This document shows, piece by piece, positions 24,101 through 33,444 of a stretch of 60,920 nucleotides of DNA. This DNA comes from Macrostomum lignano (lineage: Eukaryota), in assembly GCA_002269645.1 (NCBI GenBank), contig NIVC01000499.1, forward strand, positions 1 to 60,920, in the 5' to 3' direction. A program made the translations under genes and the position numbers. Numbering within the stretch: position 1 is the first letter of the stretch; each line of letters begins with the position of its first letter. Below the pieces are notes generated by a model. The model was not told where the DNA came from. It did no database searches and worked only from the letters and a program-made list of their open reading frames with translations.

Positions 24101-24781
24101 GGCCAACAGCGCTGAACTTCTCGGCGGCAGAGTGCACTTCTCGGAGGTGTACACCCGGCATGATTGAAGCTCACGGCGCGAATAGCGAACGGGAATGCAC
24201 GCGCCATTGTTGAACTTTAACATTCCTTGAGCAAAGTCCAAGTTCTGGCAGTGTTCACGCATGAAATTAATACCAAGCAAATTTTCACAATCGGTGACCG
24301 TGACCAGGAATTCGGTGTCCGCGACGACATCACCGAACTCCACCGGGATGATCACCTTACACGCAAGGGGTAGCTGCGTACCGTCGTACATGGTCACGCA
24401 ATCCGGGATAGCATGCGATATGATACAACGAGGCATCCGACGTCTAACATTGGCCCAGGTCGACGCTCCAAGAAAGTTTTTCCGACTGCCGCTGTCTAGT
24501 AGGAAAGGGACTTCTCGGCCCGCCAATCGGCCGGTGACGTACGGATCAGCCTCACGCGCATGGATTTTTTGATCATCGGAGGTGTCCACGAAACCTCCGC
24601 ACTCAGCCTCACTTACTGATGAGCGACTGTCGGACTGGGCATTGGCGTCTGCGCAGCCGACATCCTCTTCTTCTGGTGAGCGTTCGGAGTCTGCCAAGTA
24701 GCCGGGGCTTGGGCTCTGCGGAGGGCGTTGCCGTGGGCGCTCTCCGTCTCGCCGTTTCCCTGGTTCTGGCGTAACGGGCAC
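21041..24781 (-). CDS. pol: Pol part 1: aspartic protease, reverse transcriptase, RNase H, long tether insert
   Basis: FLLDSGS (protease); LPMGLHDSPGSFQR and YMDD (RT); DASD, KKELLA, SDH, NADALSR (RNase H). The frame shifts at ~21105 into the integrase ORF. Confidence 0.95.
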   Translation of the reverse strand: MPVTPEPGKRRDGERPRQRPPQSPSPGYLADSERSPEEEDVGCADANAQSDSRSSVSEAECGGFVDTSDDQKIHAREADPYVTGRLAGREVPFLLDSGSRKNFLGASTWANVRRRMPRCIISHAIPDCVTMYDGTQLPLACKVIIPVEFGDVVADTEFLVTVTDCENLLGINFMREHCQNLDFAQGMLKFNNGACIPVRYSRRELQSCRVYTSEKCTLPPRSSALLAVQLDVGHPENRGSPSIVELVKSRLHPSCNTLEAAPALMTMPEGRGYIEVVNTADCEVFLQSGIRVGVATPLRTADLMYLEETPEPEVRHLPRSPEESSTAWLEEVEINSELSEDQRQRVRDLLVECQAAFSKHLLDAGLTHLVTHEIILKDRTPVALPPRRIPPHLKDKLDALLDEMLAKHIIRPAYSSYNSPMLIVPKKDGNIRLVHDFRALNDKCVYHPYPLPHIQETFAKLRGAQWYSSLDLAQGFWQIPLRDCDQHLTAFSVIDRGQFCFNVLPMGLHDSPGSFQRCINKLLDGLTPKTALGYMDDIVVHSVTFEEQLDNLRTVLQRIIAANLKVKPKKCHLFLKELHYLGHVVTPDGLKTCEDKIAQIRDWPVPQSVTQLRQFLGLANYYHKFVNGYAGFAAPLHALTRKDIGSLRQHWTDEHQVAFDTLKKKLCSTEVLALPEFNSDPNVKFVLDTDASDIRIGACLGQRQSDGVERPIAFFSRKLRDPEKRYTVTKKELLAIVDAMRHFRHYLIGKKFEVRSDHRALLWLLNQTQVTGILGRWIERLSEFRFQLHHRKGKDHANADALSRRPETPPVDFEHGRLLEHPGSAARPGDDTSLEPELDTTREATARAARTKKVHTRNKEAETALAEDLEATAPAVLQHDDHRCSQRLETGLDTNPEATDTSALRSDAHADCRYLEIRPDKPSEATADVDLLDDVQDCGSRNLETPMDHDSEATEQAALLMTAHNANPDQQCKFNSPEFCAESSRRVDRGQTLATAARSTLCPPSRQTAAHRLCGKSSPPLRHRPVLEKTHPMTTMIEPTATAACDEACFTCCVSPYSQESPGLCSGGKCTAPAAEIPVKRATMRTSKRDQRSYADVVRQSPSERPNPDADKTESRDQLRATEAETEEIRNPQPCRAVLTDFMRMPMTRQQFVDAQRADRAISYVLNLVENKALKPEFDARLRLTKEQRNLLGYYDNLREDNGLLMIDLTDGQQSPKVVLPELLMPRCSRSSTVRHCVDTSARRRR

Positions 24782-25782
24782 TGTGCATTGCGATGACCAG
24801 GCTGACCGCAGCCATAGCAGATCATGGCTTTCGAAGGCGGACTCGTCTTCTGCTGCTGGTCACGCTGCACCAGGTTGTCTAGCAGTCGCTGCTGTTTCTC
24901 TAGCAGATCAGTCAGAGCCAGGAGAGCTTGAGCGGTGGCGTCGGGCGTCGGGTCACCGTCGCGCTCCCCGTTCAGCATGCGAACCGGGGGTTGAGCAGAG
25001 CGCTGCGCCAGTTCCTTGGCGCCTTCCAGACGATGGAGTTCTCGAATAGCGGCCAGCAGATTGTTCGGGCGGACCCAATAGAGCCGCTCGCGCAGATCTG
25101 GTGTCGTCCTGATGCCAGCTAGGAACTGATCAGCCAGCTCCCGCTCTCGATCCTCAGGGTGCATTCGAGGGTACGCTCGCTCTCCCAAGGTGCGCAGGGC
25201 ATCAGCGTACTCTTCTGCTGACTCATTCTTGCCTTGCTGACGGCGCCTCAGCAGCTCTCGATATTCATCCGCGCCACCGTGGCGGGCGAATCTCTCGATC
25301 AGTCGCTGCCTGACCTCCTCGTAGCCAGCATAGCGTGGGAGGTGCATACTGAGCAGAGCCGGGTAAGCAGTAGCCAGATCTAGACTCGCAACGAGGTGCT
25401 GCTTCATCTCGATCGGGTCTTCGATACGCTCCATCTCGCAGCGTTGCTCGAACGCGGCGAGCCAGACATGGATGTCCTGGCTGGGCGTGTACTTTACAAT
25501 CTTAACAGATTTGCTTACCGGCCGCTCCATCTGCTGCTGCAGAGCTGCCATCATCGTTCTCACATCCTGGGGCCTGATGTTCTGGCCGAGGTCGTCCAAA
25601 CCTGGCAGAAGCTCGTCTGGCGGGTCTTCGGACACTTCGCTTCTCGCACTTCGCCGCGGCATCTGCTGACCAAGGTCGTTGACCGCTGCTGCTGCGGCAG
25701 CCGATGCTGCTGCAGGTCTCGAACTGCTGATGTGCTGATCCAGCCGGCTGCTGCACCGGCTCTCTTCTCTCTCGTTAAACAT
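24613..25782 (-). CDS. gag: Gag (389 aa) with a single CCHC zinc knuckle
   Basis: Position after the PBS; CYGCGQPGHRNAQC knuckle; retrotransposon capsid-like region. Confidence 0.92.
   Translation of the reverse strand: MFNEREESRCSSRLDQHISSSRPAAASAAAAAAVNDLGQQMPRRSARSEVSEDPPDELLPGLDDLGQNIRPQDVRTMMAALQQQMERPVSKSVKIVKYTPSQDIHVWLAAFEQRCEMERIEDPIEMKQHLVASLDLATAYPALLSMHLPRYAGYEEVRQRLIERFARHGGADEYRELLRRRQQGKNESAEEYADALRTLGERAYPRMHPEDRERELADQFLAGIRTTPDLRERLYWVRPNNLLAAIRELHRLEGAKELAQRSAQPPVRMLNGERDGDPTPDATAQALLALTDLLEKQQRLLDNLVQRDQQQKTSPPSKAMICYGCGQPGHRNAQCPLRQNQGNGETESAHGNALRRAQAPATWQTPNAHQKKRMSAAQTPMPSPTVAHQ
24754..24760 (-). promoter_or_regulatory. -1 ribosomal frameshift slippery heptamer G GGA AAC
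   Basis: In gag frame CAG GGA AAC; a -1 slip gives GKRRDGERP, the start of the pol ORF. A stem CGGAG-A-GCG...CGC-C-CTCCG begins ~7 nt downstream. Confidence 0.8.
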
Positions 25783-25891
25783 TTCAAATTAGTAGAATAG
25801 CCGAATTCTTACTCGAAAGAGCGGTTGTCTTGGGTGTAGTAGTAGTCGAATCTTGACTTGTCGGATCCCAGATAGTCGTGTCGTTGACTCG

Positions 25892-25915
25892 TCGAATCCC
25901 ACCGCTGAGTCACCA
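25892..25915 (-). promoter_or_regulatory. Primer binding site, tRNA-Leu-like with an internal bulge
   Basis: Minus strand TGGTGACTCAGCGGTGGGATTCGA starts 1 nt after the LTR. The plus strand TCGAATCCCACCGCTG-AGT-CACCA resembles the animal tRNA-Leu 3' end TCGAATCCCACCGCTG-C-CACCA. Confidence 0.7.
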
Positions 25916-25916
25916 G

Positions 25917-27049
25917 TGAAGTACAGGTGTCTTGCCTGTGGTTGTCTAGAGGCCTTCAATAGGAACGCTGCCCCGGTGAAGTACAGTTGCTTGAGCTCCT
26001 CTGGGAAGTCTCCGGGTTGATCTAGTAGCGTTGGTAGTGCTGCCACCAGCTTCGCAGAGTCGCAGCCTTCGGTGAGGTGCTGAGCTCGTAGAAGCAAATA
26101 ACTAAGACGAGAGAAAGAGACTCGCACTTCGTGCAGATTTAGCAGTTCTCGCGCAGAGGTGCCCACCGTCAGCAGTCCCTGCCGGGCTGGTGCGGGGTGA
26201 GAGCGAAAGTGCTAGCTTCGGGCGATCTGAGCTGGCCTGCTAGCTGATAGCAGGAACAATCAGAGCCAGAGGCAGTCACGCGCAAAGTCGGGAGTCTTGG
26301 AGTTCAACTTAAGCGTCAACTTGGCACACAACTTAGAGTTCGCTAGAAACGAAACGGAAGGAACGCTAGGAAAGCTTGGAAAGCTAGGAACGCGAGGAAC
26401 GGTAGGAACGCTGAAAACGCAGAAACGAGAGGCTGAAACGGAAGGGCCGGTTAACGGAAGGAAAGAAAGGCTTGTCTGAGCCAAGCCAGGAGAGGGGCTG
26501 CATTTATAGGGAGGATCGATTGCACCATAGCACGAAAGGCCCCCGCTGAGAGTCATAAGTGACTCTGTTGCTATTTTTAGCAACAAACAAGCGGGCCCTG
26601 CCTCAGAGGAGGCAAGGGGGGGTCCGGGCGCACGTGATCTCCCCATAAACACGAGCCCAGCGTACAATGATGAAATCATTGCACTTTGGACTAAAGAAGG
26701 AAGAGGGCCTTGTCATGTGACTGACTCACATGACAAGGGGAAAAGGCCCACAAGTGAAGGCACTCGTGACCGTGGGACCGGAAAACAGGAAGGCACTCCA
26801 AATTTGGAGATGCCTGACAGAGAACGAAACAGAGGCAGGCCAGACCAAGCTGTCTGGGCACTGCAAAAAGGGAAAGCGAGACAAAAGGGGCAAACGAGGA
26901 CAAACAGACAGACAGACAAACGGGCAGAGGACAGGCCAGGGACAGGCGGGAGGGACAGGCAACTGCCCAGCGGCAGACAGAAACCTGGGGAGAAGGCGAG
27001 GGCAACAGCTGACTAGTGCGGCGCCTAACTAAACTAGCGACTCACTACA
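25917..27049 (-). repeat. 5' LTR (candidate TATA box TATAAAT on minus strand near 26505-26511)
   Basis: Direct repeat of the 3' LTR, immediately followed on the minus strand by the PBS. Confidence 0.95.
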
Positions 27050-27289
27050 AATTTATGAGGTAATCACATGATGGCATGAAAAATATTTTAAAACTAACTA
27101 TTCTTTTAGATCTTTGATTTCTATCTAGTGTGCCCAACAGCAGGAAGCAGACATCAGCAGACAGTACCATGGCAGCAGACTGCAGCAAAAAAGCTGAAGG
27201 CGCAGGAAGCAGATAACTATCGAAGCCAGAATAGATAAATAGATAGCACCAGGAAGCATGCAGGCAGTAGCTGACAGCAGCTATCTGTA

Positions 27290-27630
27290 ACAGACAGCAT
27301 CAGGCTGCAGCATCAGGCTGTAACAGACAGCATCAGGCTGTAACAGACAGCATCAGGCTGTAACAGACAGCATCAGGCTATAACAGACAGCATCAGGCTG
27401 TAACAGACAGCATCAGGCTGTAACAGACAGCATCAGGCTGCAGCATCAGGCTGTAACAGACAGCATCAGGCTGTAACAGACAGCATCAGGCTGTAACAGA
27501 CAGCATCAGGCTGTAACAGACAGCATCAGGCTATAACAGACAGCATCAGGCTGTAACAGACAGCATCAGGCTGTAACAGACAGCATCAGGCTGTAACAGA
27601 CAGCATCAGGCTGTAACAGACAGCATCAGG
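27290..27630. repeat. 20-bp minisatellite (ACAGACAGCATCAGGCTGTA), about 16 copies
   Basis: Direct inspection. Confidence 0.92.
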
Positions 27631-27639
27631 CTTGTTTCT

Positions 27640-28025
27640 CTTGTTTCAGAGACAGGGAGATGGAGGGCGAGACAGGGAGATGGAGGGAGAGACAGCGACA
27701 TGGAGGGAGAGACAGTGAGATGGAGGGAGAGACAATGAGATGGAGGGAGAGACAGTGAGATGGAGGGAGAGACAGTGAGATGGAGTTAGAGACAGTGAGA
27801 TGGAGGAAGAAACAGACAGATTGAGGGAGAAACAGAGAGATGTAGGGAGAGACAGGAAGATGGGGGGGAAATAGTGAGATGTAGGGAGAGACAGTGAGAT
27901 GGAGGGAGACAGGGAGATGGAGGGGGAGATAGTGAGATGGAAGAAGAGACAGTGAGATGGAAGAAGAGACATGGAGATGGAAGGAGAGGCAGGAAGATGG
28001 AGATAGAGAAGAGAGATGCAGGGAG
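27640..28025. repeat. 20-bp purine-rich minisatellite (GAGACAGTGAGATGGAGGGA)
   Basis: Period 20 is visible at 27721-27780; the array decays toward 28025. Confidence 0.88.
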
Positions 28026-28619
28026 AAGAGGTGTGATGAAGGCACAGACATTCTAATGAAGTGAGTTGGATCCGAGGAAGGAATATGACATATGCCTTCT
28101 CCATCATACATATAGGCATATATGCCTGTAGGCATTGTCTCTCTGTCGATGCATTAACTCTGAAAGAACCAGGCCGGTAGTGTTGGCTCCACCATCCGGT
28201 TGAAAATGCTGGTATTTGCCGAGCTCTGGAGGTTTGTTTAGCTACTGAGCCAACCAGCTGGCAGTTGCGAATGTCACTTTCACAGCAGCTACAGCTGATT
28301 GTGAATTGGCTTTTGAAGTCAGTGCGAGTGTGAGTCATTAGCCCTGGCTTAATTTTCTACTCGGTCTCTCAATATAGGATTCCGCAAGGAGCCTTGCCCT
28401 TGGACTTTTGTATTGTTTGTTTCACACTGCTCATGAGTGCCGGTAATTGAGAGAGGATTGAAGCGTTTAATTTCTATTGAAATCTTTGAGTTAGCTTGTG
28501 TATAACTTATTGCTAATGCATGAGATCGTGATTCACTGGCAACACAGCACTGTCACTTTATCCGGTCTTGACAACTTATATACTCGTATTTCTTGACCTT
28601 CTATCTTCTCAATTTCTGC

Positions 28620-29158
28620 ATGGGCGCCACCTTTGTAGCAGTTTCGGCGCCATCTTTGTAGCAGCTTCGGCACCACCTTTGTAGCAGCTTCGGCACCACC
28701 TTTGTAGCAGCTTCGGCACCATCTTTGTAGCAGCTTCGGCACCACCTTTGTAGCAGCTTCGGCACCACCTTTGTAGCAGCTTCGGCACCATCTTTGTAGC
28801 AGCTTCGGCACCACCTTTGTAGCAGCTTCGGCACCATCTTTGTAGCAGCTTCGGCACCACCTTTGTAGCAGCTTCGGCACCATCTTTGTAGCAGCTTCGG
28901 CACCACCTTTGTAGCAGCTTCGGCACCACCTTTGTAGCAGCTTCGGCACCATCTTTGTAGCAGCTTCGGCACCACCTTTGTAGCAGCTTCGGCACCATCT
29001 TTGTAGCAGCTTCGGCACCACCTTTGTAGCAGCTTCGGCACCACCTTTGTAGCAGCTTCGGCACCATCTTTGTAGCAGCTTCGGCACCACCTTTGTAGCA
29101 GCTTCGGCACCACCTTTGTAGCAGCTTCGGCGCCACCTTTTGTAGCAGCTTCGGCGCC
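28620..29158. repeat. 23-bp minisatellite (CTTTGTAGCAGCTTCGGCACCA[C/T]), about 23 copies
   Basis: The 23-aa periodic translation in all three minus frames equals 3 x 23 bp. Confidence 0.93.
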
Positions 29159-30875
29159 TGAGTACAGGAATTTTCAAGTACGAGTACATTTCACGCCATG
29201 CATCTCATAACAGGCACGAGGTTACAGAATCGATTACACTGTCGTAAGTTCTGAGTTTGGTCAGATCGCTTTTAAAAAAAGGCGCGCGCGTCTGAGTCGC
29301 CCACTGCGCATATTTAAATGGATAAATTGACCAATTAATATCCTAATCCGCTAATCATCAGGGTACCAACCCCAACAACTATAAATCGATCGACTCAACG
29401 TGTCACTGATCGCCAATGAGGGAAGGGGTTAGAGTGCTAGAGATTTCTCATCGGTGGATGTGTACACGAGGGCACAGCTAGGGAAGCCTCTATGGTCGCT
29501 GCGCTCCCCAGGAAGGGACACTAGTTCAGGCAGCATACAAGTTTAGGGGTAAAAACCCAATAGAAAAGCAGTGAATGAATAGGAAAATGCAACGTTTTTT
29601 TCATTTCTATGATTGATAACTTTTTAACTAAAAGTCATAGAAAGATGCGGTTTGCACTATTCAACGCAAAACACTCAGAACTTTAGGTCTCCAAGGTTAA
29701 GTTGTATTATTCAAAAAACTTCCGTTTTGTTAGTGCGAAAAAATACTTTACGACCCTTCAGGCCATGCAAACATATGAAATAAAAATGAAATGGTTACCT
29801 TTAGGTGATAATTAAGCAAAAGAGAGTGAAATTAGCTTACCTACAGAGCAGAAATTGCTGGGTCAAGCTGTATAAAAATAGCACTTTGTATGACTCTAAA
29901 AAACAAAAACAGTCTACTACGAGTATACATCAGAGCTATAGCTCATTTCTCAGATAGTTTTGACTTCAAAATGTTTCTGCCTCATCCTCGCAGCGACGCA
30001 TGGCACTCTCTCGCCGAGTCTGAGCAGATGTCATTGTGGTAGGTCGCTTCTCAGGAACAGTTTCGATGAAGTAGGATGGCGCGTTTGGAAAGATGCTGGG
30101 TACGGCATCAGAAGTCAACCACCGTCGATTTTCAGCTTCTTTGCTTGTCCAACTGCATATGCAAATGCGGAGCGCTTACGGATGGAGTTGGAGTACTGAG
30201 AGTTTGTTACAAAGAACCTTTCCGAAAAATGCAGCGAGCAGATCCGGTAGTTTGTGCTTTGGATCGCAGCGCAACTTCTGCAACTCTGCTGCTGTCCACT
30301 TTCGGGGAATTGCAGAGATCCATTTTTTCCAGAAGCTCCAGCTGTGTATATATTCTTTTTCCAGTTAGCAAGCTATGAAATACGAGAGGTGTTACAAAAG
30401 GTCGCGTACAAACTGCTCTAGCGACAAATCGATAAGCAGCAGCATTTCATATTCTATGCCATTCCCCTAAACTTTCCAATTCATACGTTTCAAATCAAAC
30501 AGGAATTTGTACTGTAAAATCATATTCTTAAAGTTATAATAATCATTATAATGATAAAAGGTACTCGATACTTGCAGGGAGTCGTTACTTATCTTGAGCA
30601 ATGAATACGGTTTGAATCATGATGTCAAAATAACAAAAATTGCCAATTTCGCACATTCAAAACCATATATATATTATATCATGCATTAGCGGGCAAAGTT
30701 ACATCATTCCAGTGCGTGTGTAAAGTCAACAAGTCATTACTAAACACAAATTTTGAAAGAAAAAAATTGGCGCGAATATCAGCATTGTGCGAAAGTGTGA
30801 TAGCTAATGCCAAAATTTTGGATTTATGGCGAAAACAACTTTAAAACTGTTTTTATTCGAGAGTAAAAGATTTTT

Positions 30876-31109
30876 CACTGTTTCAAAACTTCTGTTCTAA
30901 TAGTGAGTAGATAAAAAAGAGTTCTAAGAACGCTATTGTTGAAATAAACCAGTTAACTGATTAAAAACAGGCCTCTCTATCCGCCATAATTTGTCAGTTT
31001 CAAAATTTCTATTCTGATAGTGAGTGGATGAAAAATAATTCTAAGAACGCTATTGTTGAAATAAACCAGTTAAATGATTAAAAACAGGCCTATCTATCCG
31101 CCATAATTT
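30876..31109. repeat. 117-bp tandem duplication (2 copies)
   Basis: TTTCAAAA at 30881 and 30998; CCGCCATAATTT at 30981 and 31098. Confidence 0.85.
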
Positions 31110-31502
31110 TCCTTCTAAGGTTGATAAAAAATTTAACCTTGCGAATGACGGCTCCCTCATACTACCTTAGGGTAATTGAGATACTGATCGATTTATTGCC
31201 ATTCAATGCCTTACAATACATTTCACTGTGCTTTTCGGCGGTGCGAACGAGTCTCGGGGAAGGCAATATAATATGGGACACGAGGACAGTTGATTCCTTT
31301 GTACATTGATCGTGCGATCTGATGGCTCATTTGATTGCAGTATGAATCTGCCTTTAGCTACTCGTAGGGTTGGGCTCGTATGACAAGCTAAATACAAGGC
31401 TCATTCAAACTTCACTATCACATAACCAATGTACAAAAAGAATGAAATCTGATGTACAAGTCGTATGATCAAACGAAATGTTAGGTTTTAAGTTTAGCCA
31501 AT

Positions 31503-33186
31503 TCAAACTACATCGCTTCGGTGGGTCGGCTCGATCCATCTGAAGCTAAATGCGTAGCTGGTCCGACGCGCCATCGGGTCCTTCGGTACTCGGTGAATGT
31601 ACAAGTCTTCGATGGCACCCTCGGTGACGACAAGATCGCCGTGAGCTGAACGTAGTCGCACATAGCGATCTTCTCGACCTTTGCGTGAGAACTCAAGGTA
31701 ACGAGCTTGACCTAGAGACACAGCGGCAATGTAGGGATGCTCACCTAGCGGCTTCTCTTTCTCACAGTGCCAGCCAAGACTGTCGCGTCCATTGCGATAC
31801 ATATAGCACATGCACGCATTGAACTGACGACCAACTGCTTTCTCAACTATTTCTTTGAGATCCTGTAGTTTTGGGTTCCAATCATTGCAGTTTTTTAACG
31901 AATTTCCATAATACTCAAAGTCTGGCCCAACATAACAGGTCAGTCTCGGCTCCTGCCTCTCCTTACCATCTTTAGTAGTATAAGTAAGCTGTTTCCAGGC
32001 CAAATCCTGCTTCAGAGACTCCATAAAATTTTGGCCAACAGTTCGATTCAAAAATGACGGCATAAACGAGATGCAAGCATGAACGCCGTCCTTGGTCCGA
32101 TCGAGTTGATAAGAGCCAGGTAAGTTAATCTCAACTGGTCCATGCGCCATGTACATCAATTGGAGTAAGTTAATCTGAGGCAAACCGGCGGTACTAGACT
32201 TGCATCTCGCAGCAGATTTTTCAGCATCCTTCCGTAAACAGTCAAGCTCATTAGAATCAACTTGACAGGCTGCTTCCTGCGCTTCTGCCGCTCTGGCAAT
32301 CAGAGCGGTTGATACGGCTTCCGACACGGCTTGGGATAGACTCGAATTCAGCGCCACAGTCAGCGCGTCTGATAAAGCAGTGAACGAAATCTTGGGAACA
32401 GAGGAAGCGCCTTCGGAATTCGCCGCACCATTGTCAGCATGTTCGGACTCAGTCTCAGCCTTAGGAGAACATTCTATCAGTCCTTCGGCTTCGGAAACAT
32501 CAACTGGCTGCAGCACTTCCGATTCTCTGCGATGGTGACAGCACATGAAACAGGCCACGAGAGCTGTCTTGGCGCTACCGACACCGCCCGACTCAAGCCT
32601 CTGCTGCCAGCTATTATCAAAGCAATAGCCGCCGTCCATCAGACAGAGATCGCCCGATTGCAGCGTAATTTCACTTTTACTTTTGCTATTAGAACGACGA
32701 AGCCGCAGTTTACGTTCTCCATCGCCAAGAAACAGCATAGCAACGGTAGTACCGGGCAAAGGTCTATCATTTGAAACGGTGCAATCAGACCAAGCAAACC
32801 AATCCACAGCGTGCTGCTGGCGCAAGCACCATAGTATCGCCGAATTGAACAGTCTGCCAGTAACTTGCTCGATCAGCAATTTCAACAGCGTCGCCTCCTC
32901 CGGATGCCAGGCCGCAACAGTTGCAGTCAGATGAAGCGTCAAGAAAGCCGCCTGAACAGCTGCCAGACGCTTGGAACTGCTGGCCGAGCGACGCTGTTCG
33001 GCTGGAAGTCCTGCCGGCGGAGGCTGCGGCCACTCGGCGTTGCTTAGGATGCGCTCTCGAGACAGTCGGACTCGCTCTGGACCAAGGAAGCGGCGCACAA
33101 GCGTCAAACGAATTGGCAAATTGTGAGATTGCAAAGAAACTTGATCGGGCAGATTGTAGGCACCGGACTTTTCGATCTTGTAAATT
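31503..33186 (-). CDS. Exon 2 of C2H2-ZnF / tandem ALKBH3-like gene: two AlkB (2OG-Fe(II)) folds
   Basis: Acceptor TTTTTTCACCACAG at 33187. Domain 1: IEKSGAYNL...LIEQVTGRLFNSAIL...WFAWSD...AMLFLGDGERKL...LQSGDLCLM...WQQ. Domain 2: INLPGSYQL...QEPRLTCYVG...FNACMCYMYRNGRDSLGWHCEKE...IAAVSLG...HGDLVVTEG...IHRVPK...FSFR. Confidence 0.85.
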
Positions 33187-33369
33187 CTGTGGTGAAAAAA
33201 AATACAAGACTAACGGCTTAGTTAAAAGAAAAGGACAGAAGAGAAAAAATCTCACTAACTATTCAATTAAAATGTAAAGCTTAATTTATTGTCATAGTTT
33301 GGCAACAATAACAAACAATATCTAGTGAGCTAGTGTAATTATATAATTCATAAAACATTAGCCACTTAC

Positions 33370-33444
33370 GAACTCTCCTGTTCAGGCAGCTCAATCGAAC
33401 ATGCCAGCAGCTCAGAGAAAGTGCACCTCAACCTTGGCGCCAGC
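33370..33444 (-). CDS. 3' remnant of exon 1 of the ZnF-AlkB gene
   Basis: Reads (L)APRLRCTFSELLACSIELPEQES then a GTAAGT donor at 33369. The phase-2 donor matches the exon-2 acceptor; the intron is 183 bp. Confidence 0.75.

Larger units (their letters stand above)
16853..27049 (-). mobile_element. Full-length Ty3/Gypsy LTR retrotransposon (10,197 bp)
   Basis: Two 1133-bp LTRs at a constant 9064-bp offset; TG...CA ends; 4-bp TSD AATT (16849-16852, 27050-27053); PBS; PPT; gag then PR-RT-RH-INT domain order. Confidence 0.97.

Noticed and set aside
28533-29189. Cys-rich repeat proteins (KVVPKLLQRWCRSCY...)
   Set aside because: The same periodic peptide appears in all three frames, so these are translations of a 23-bp minisatellite.
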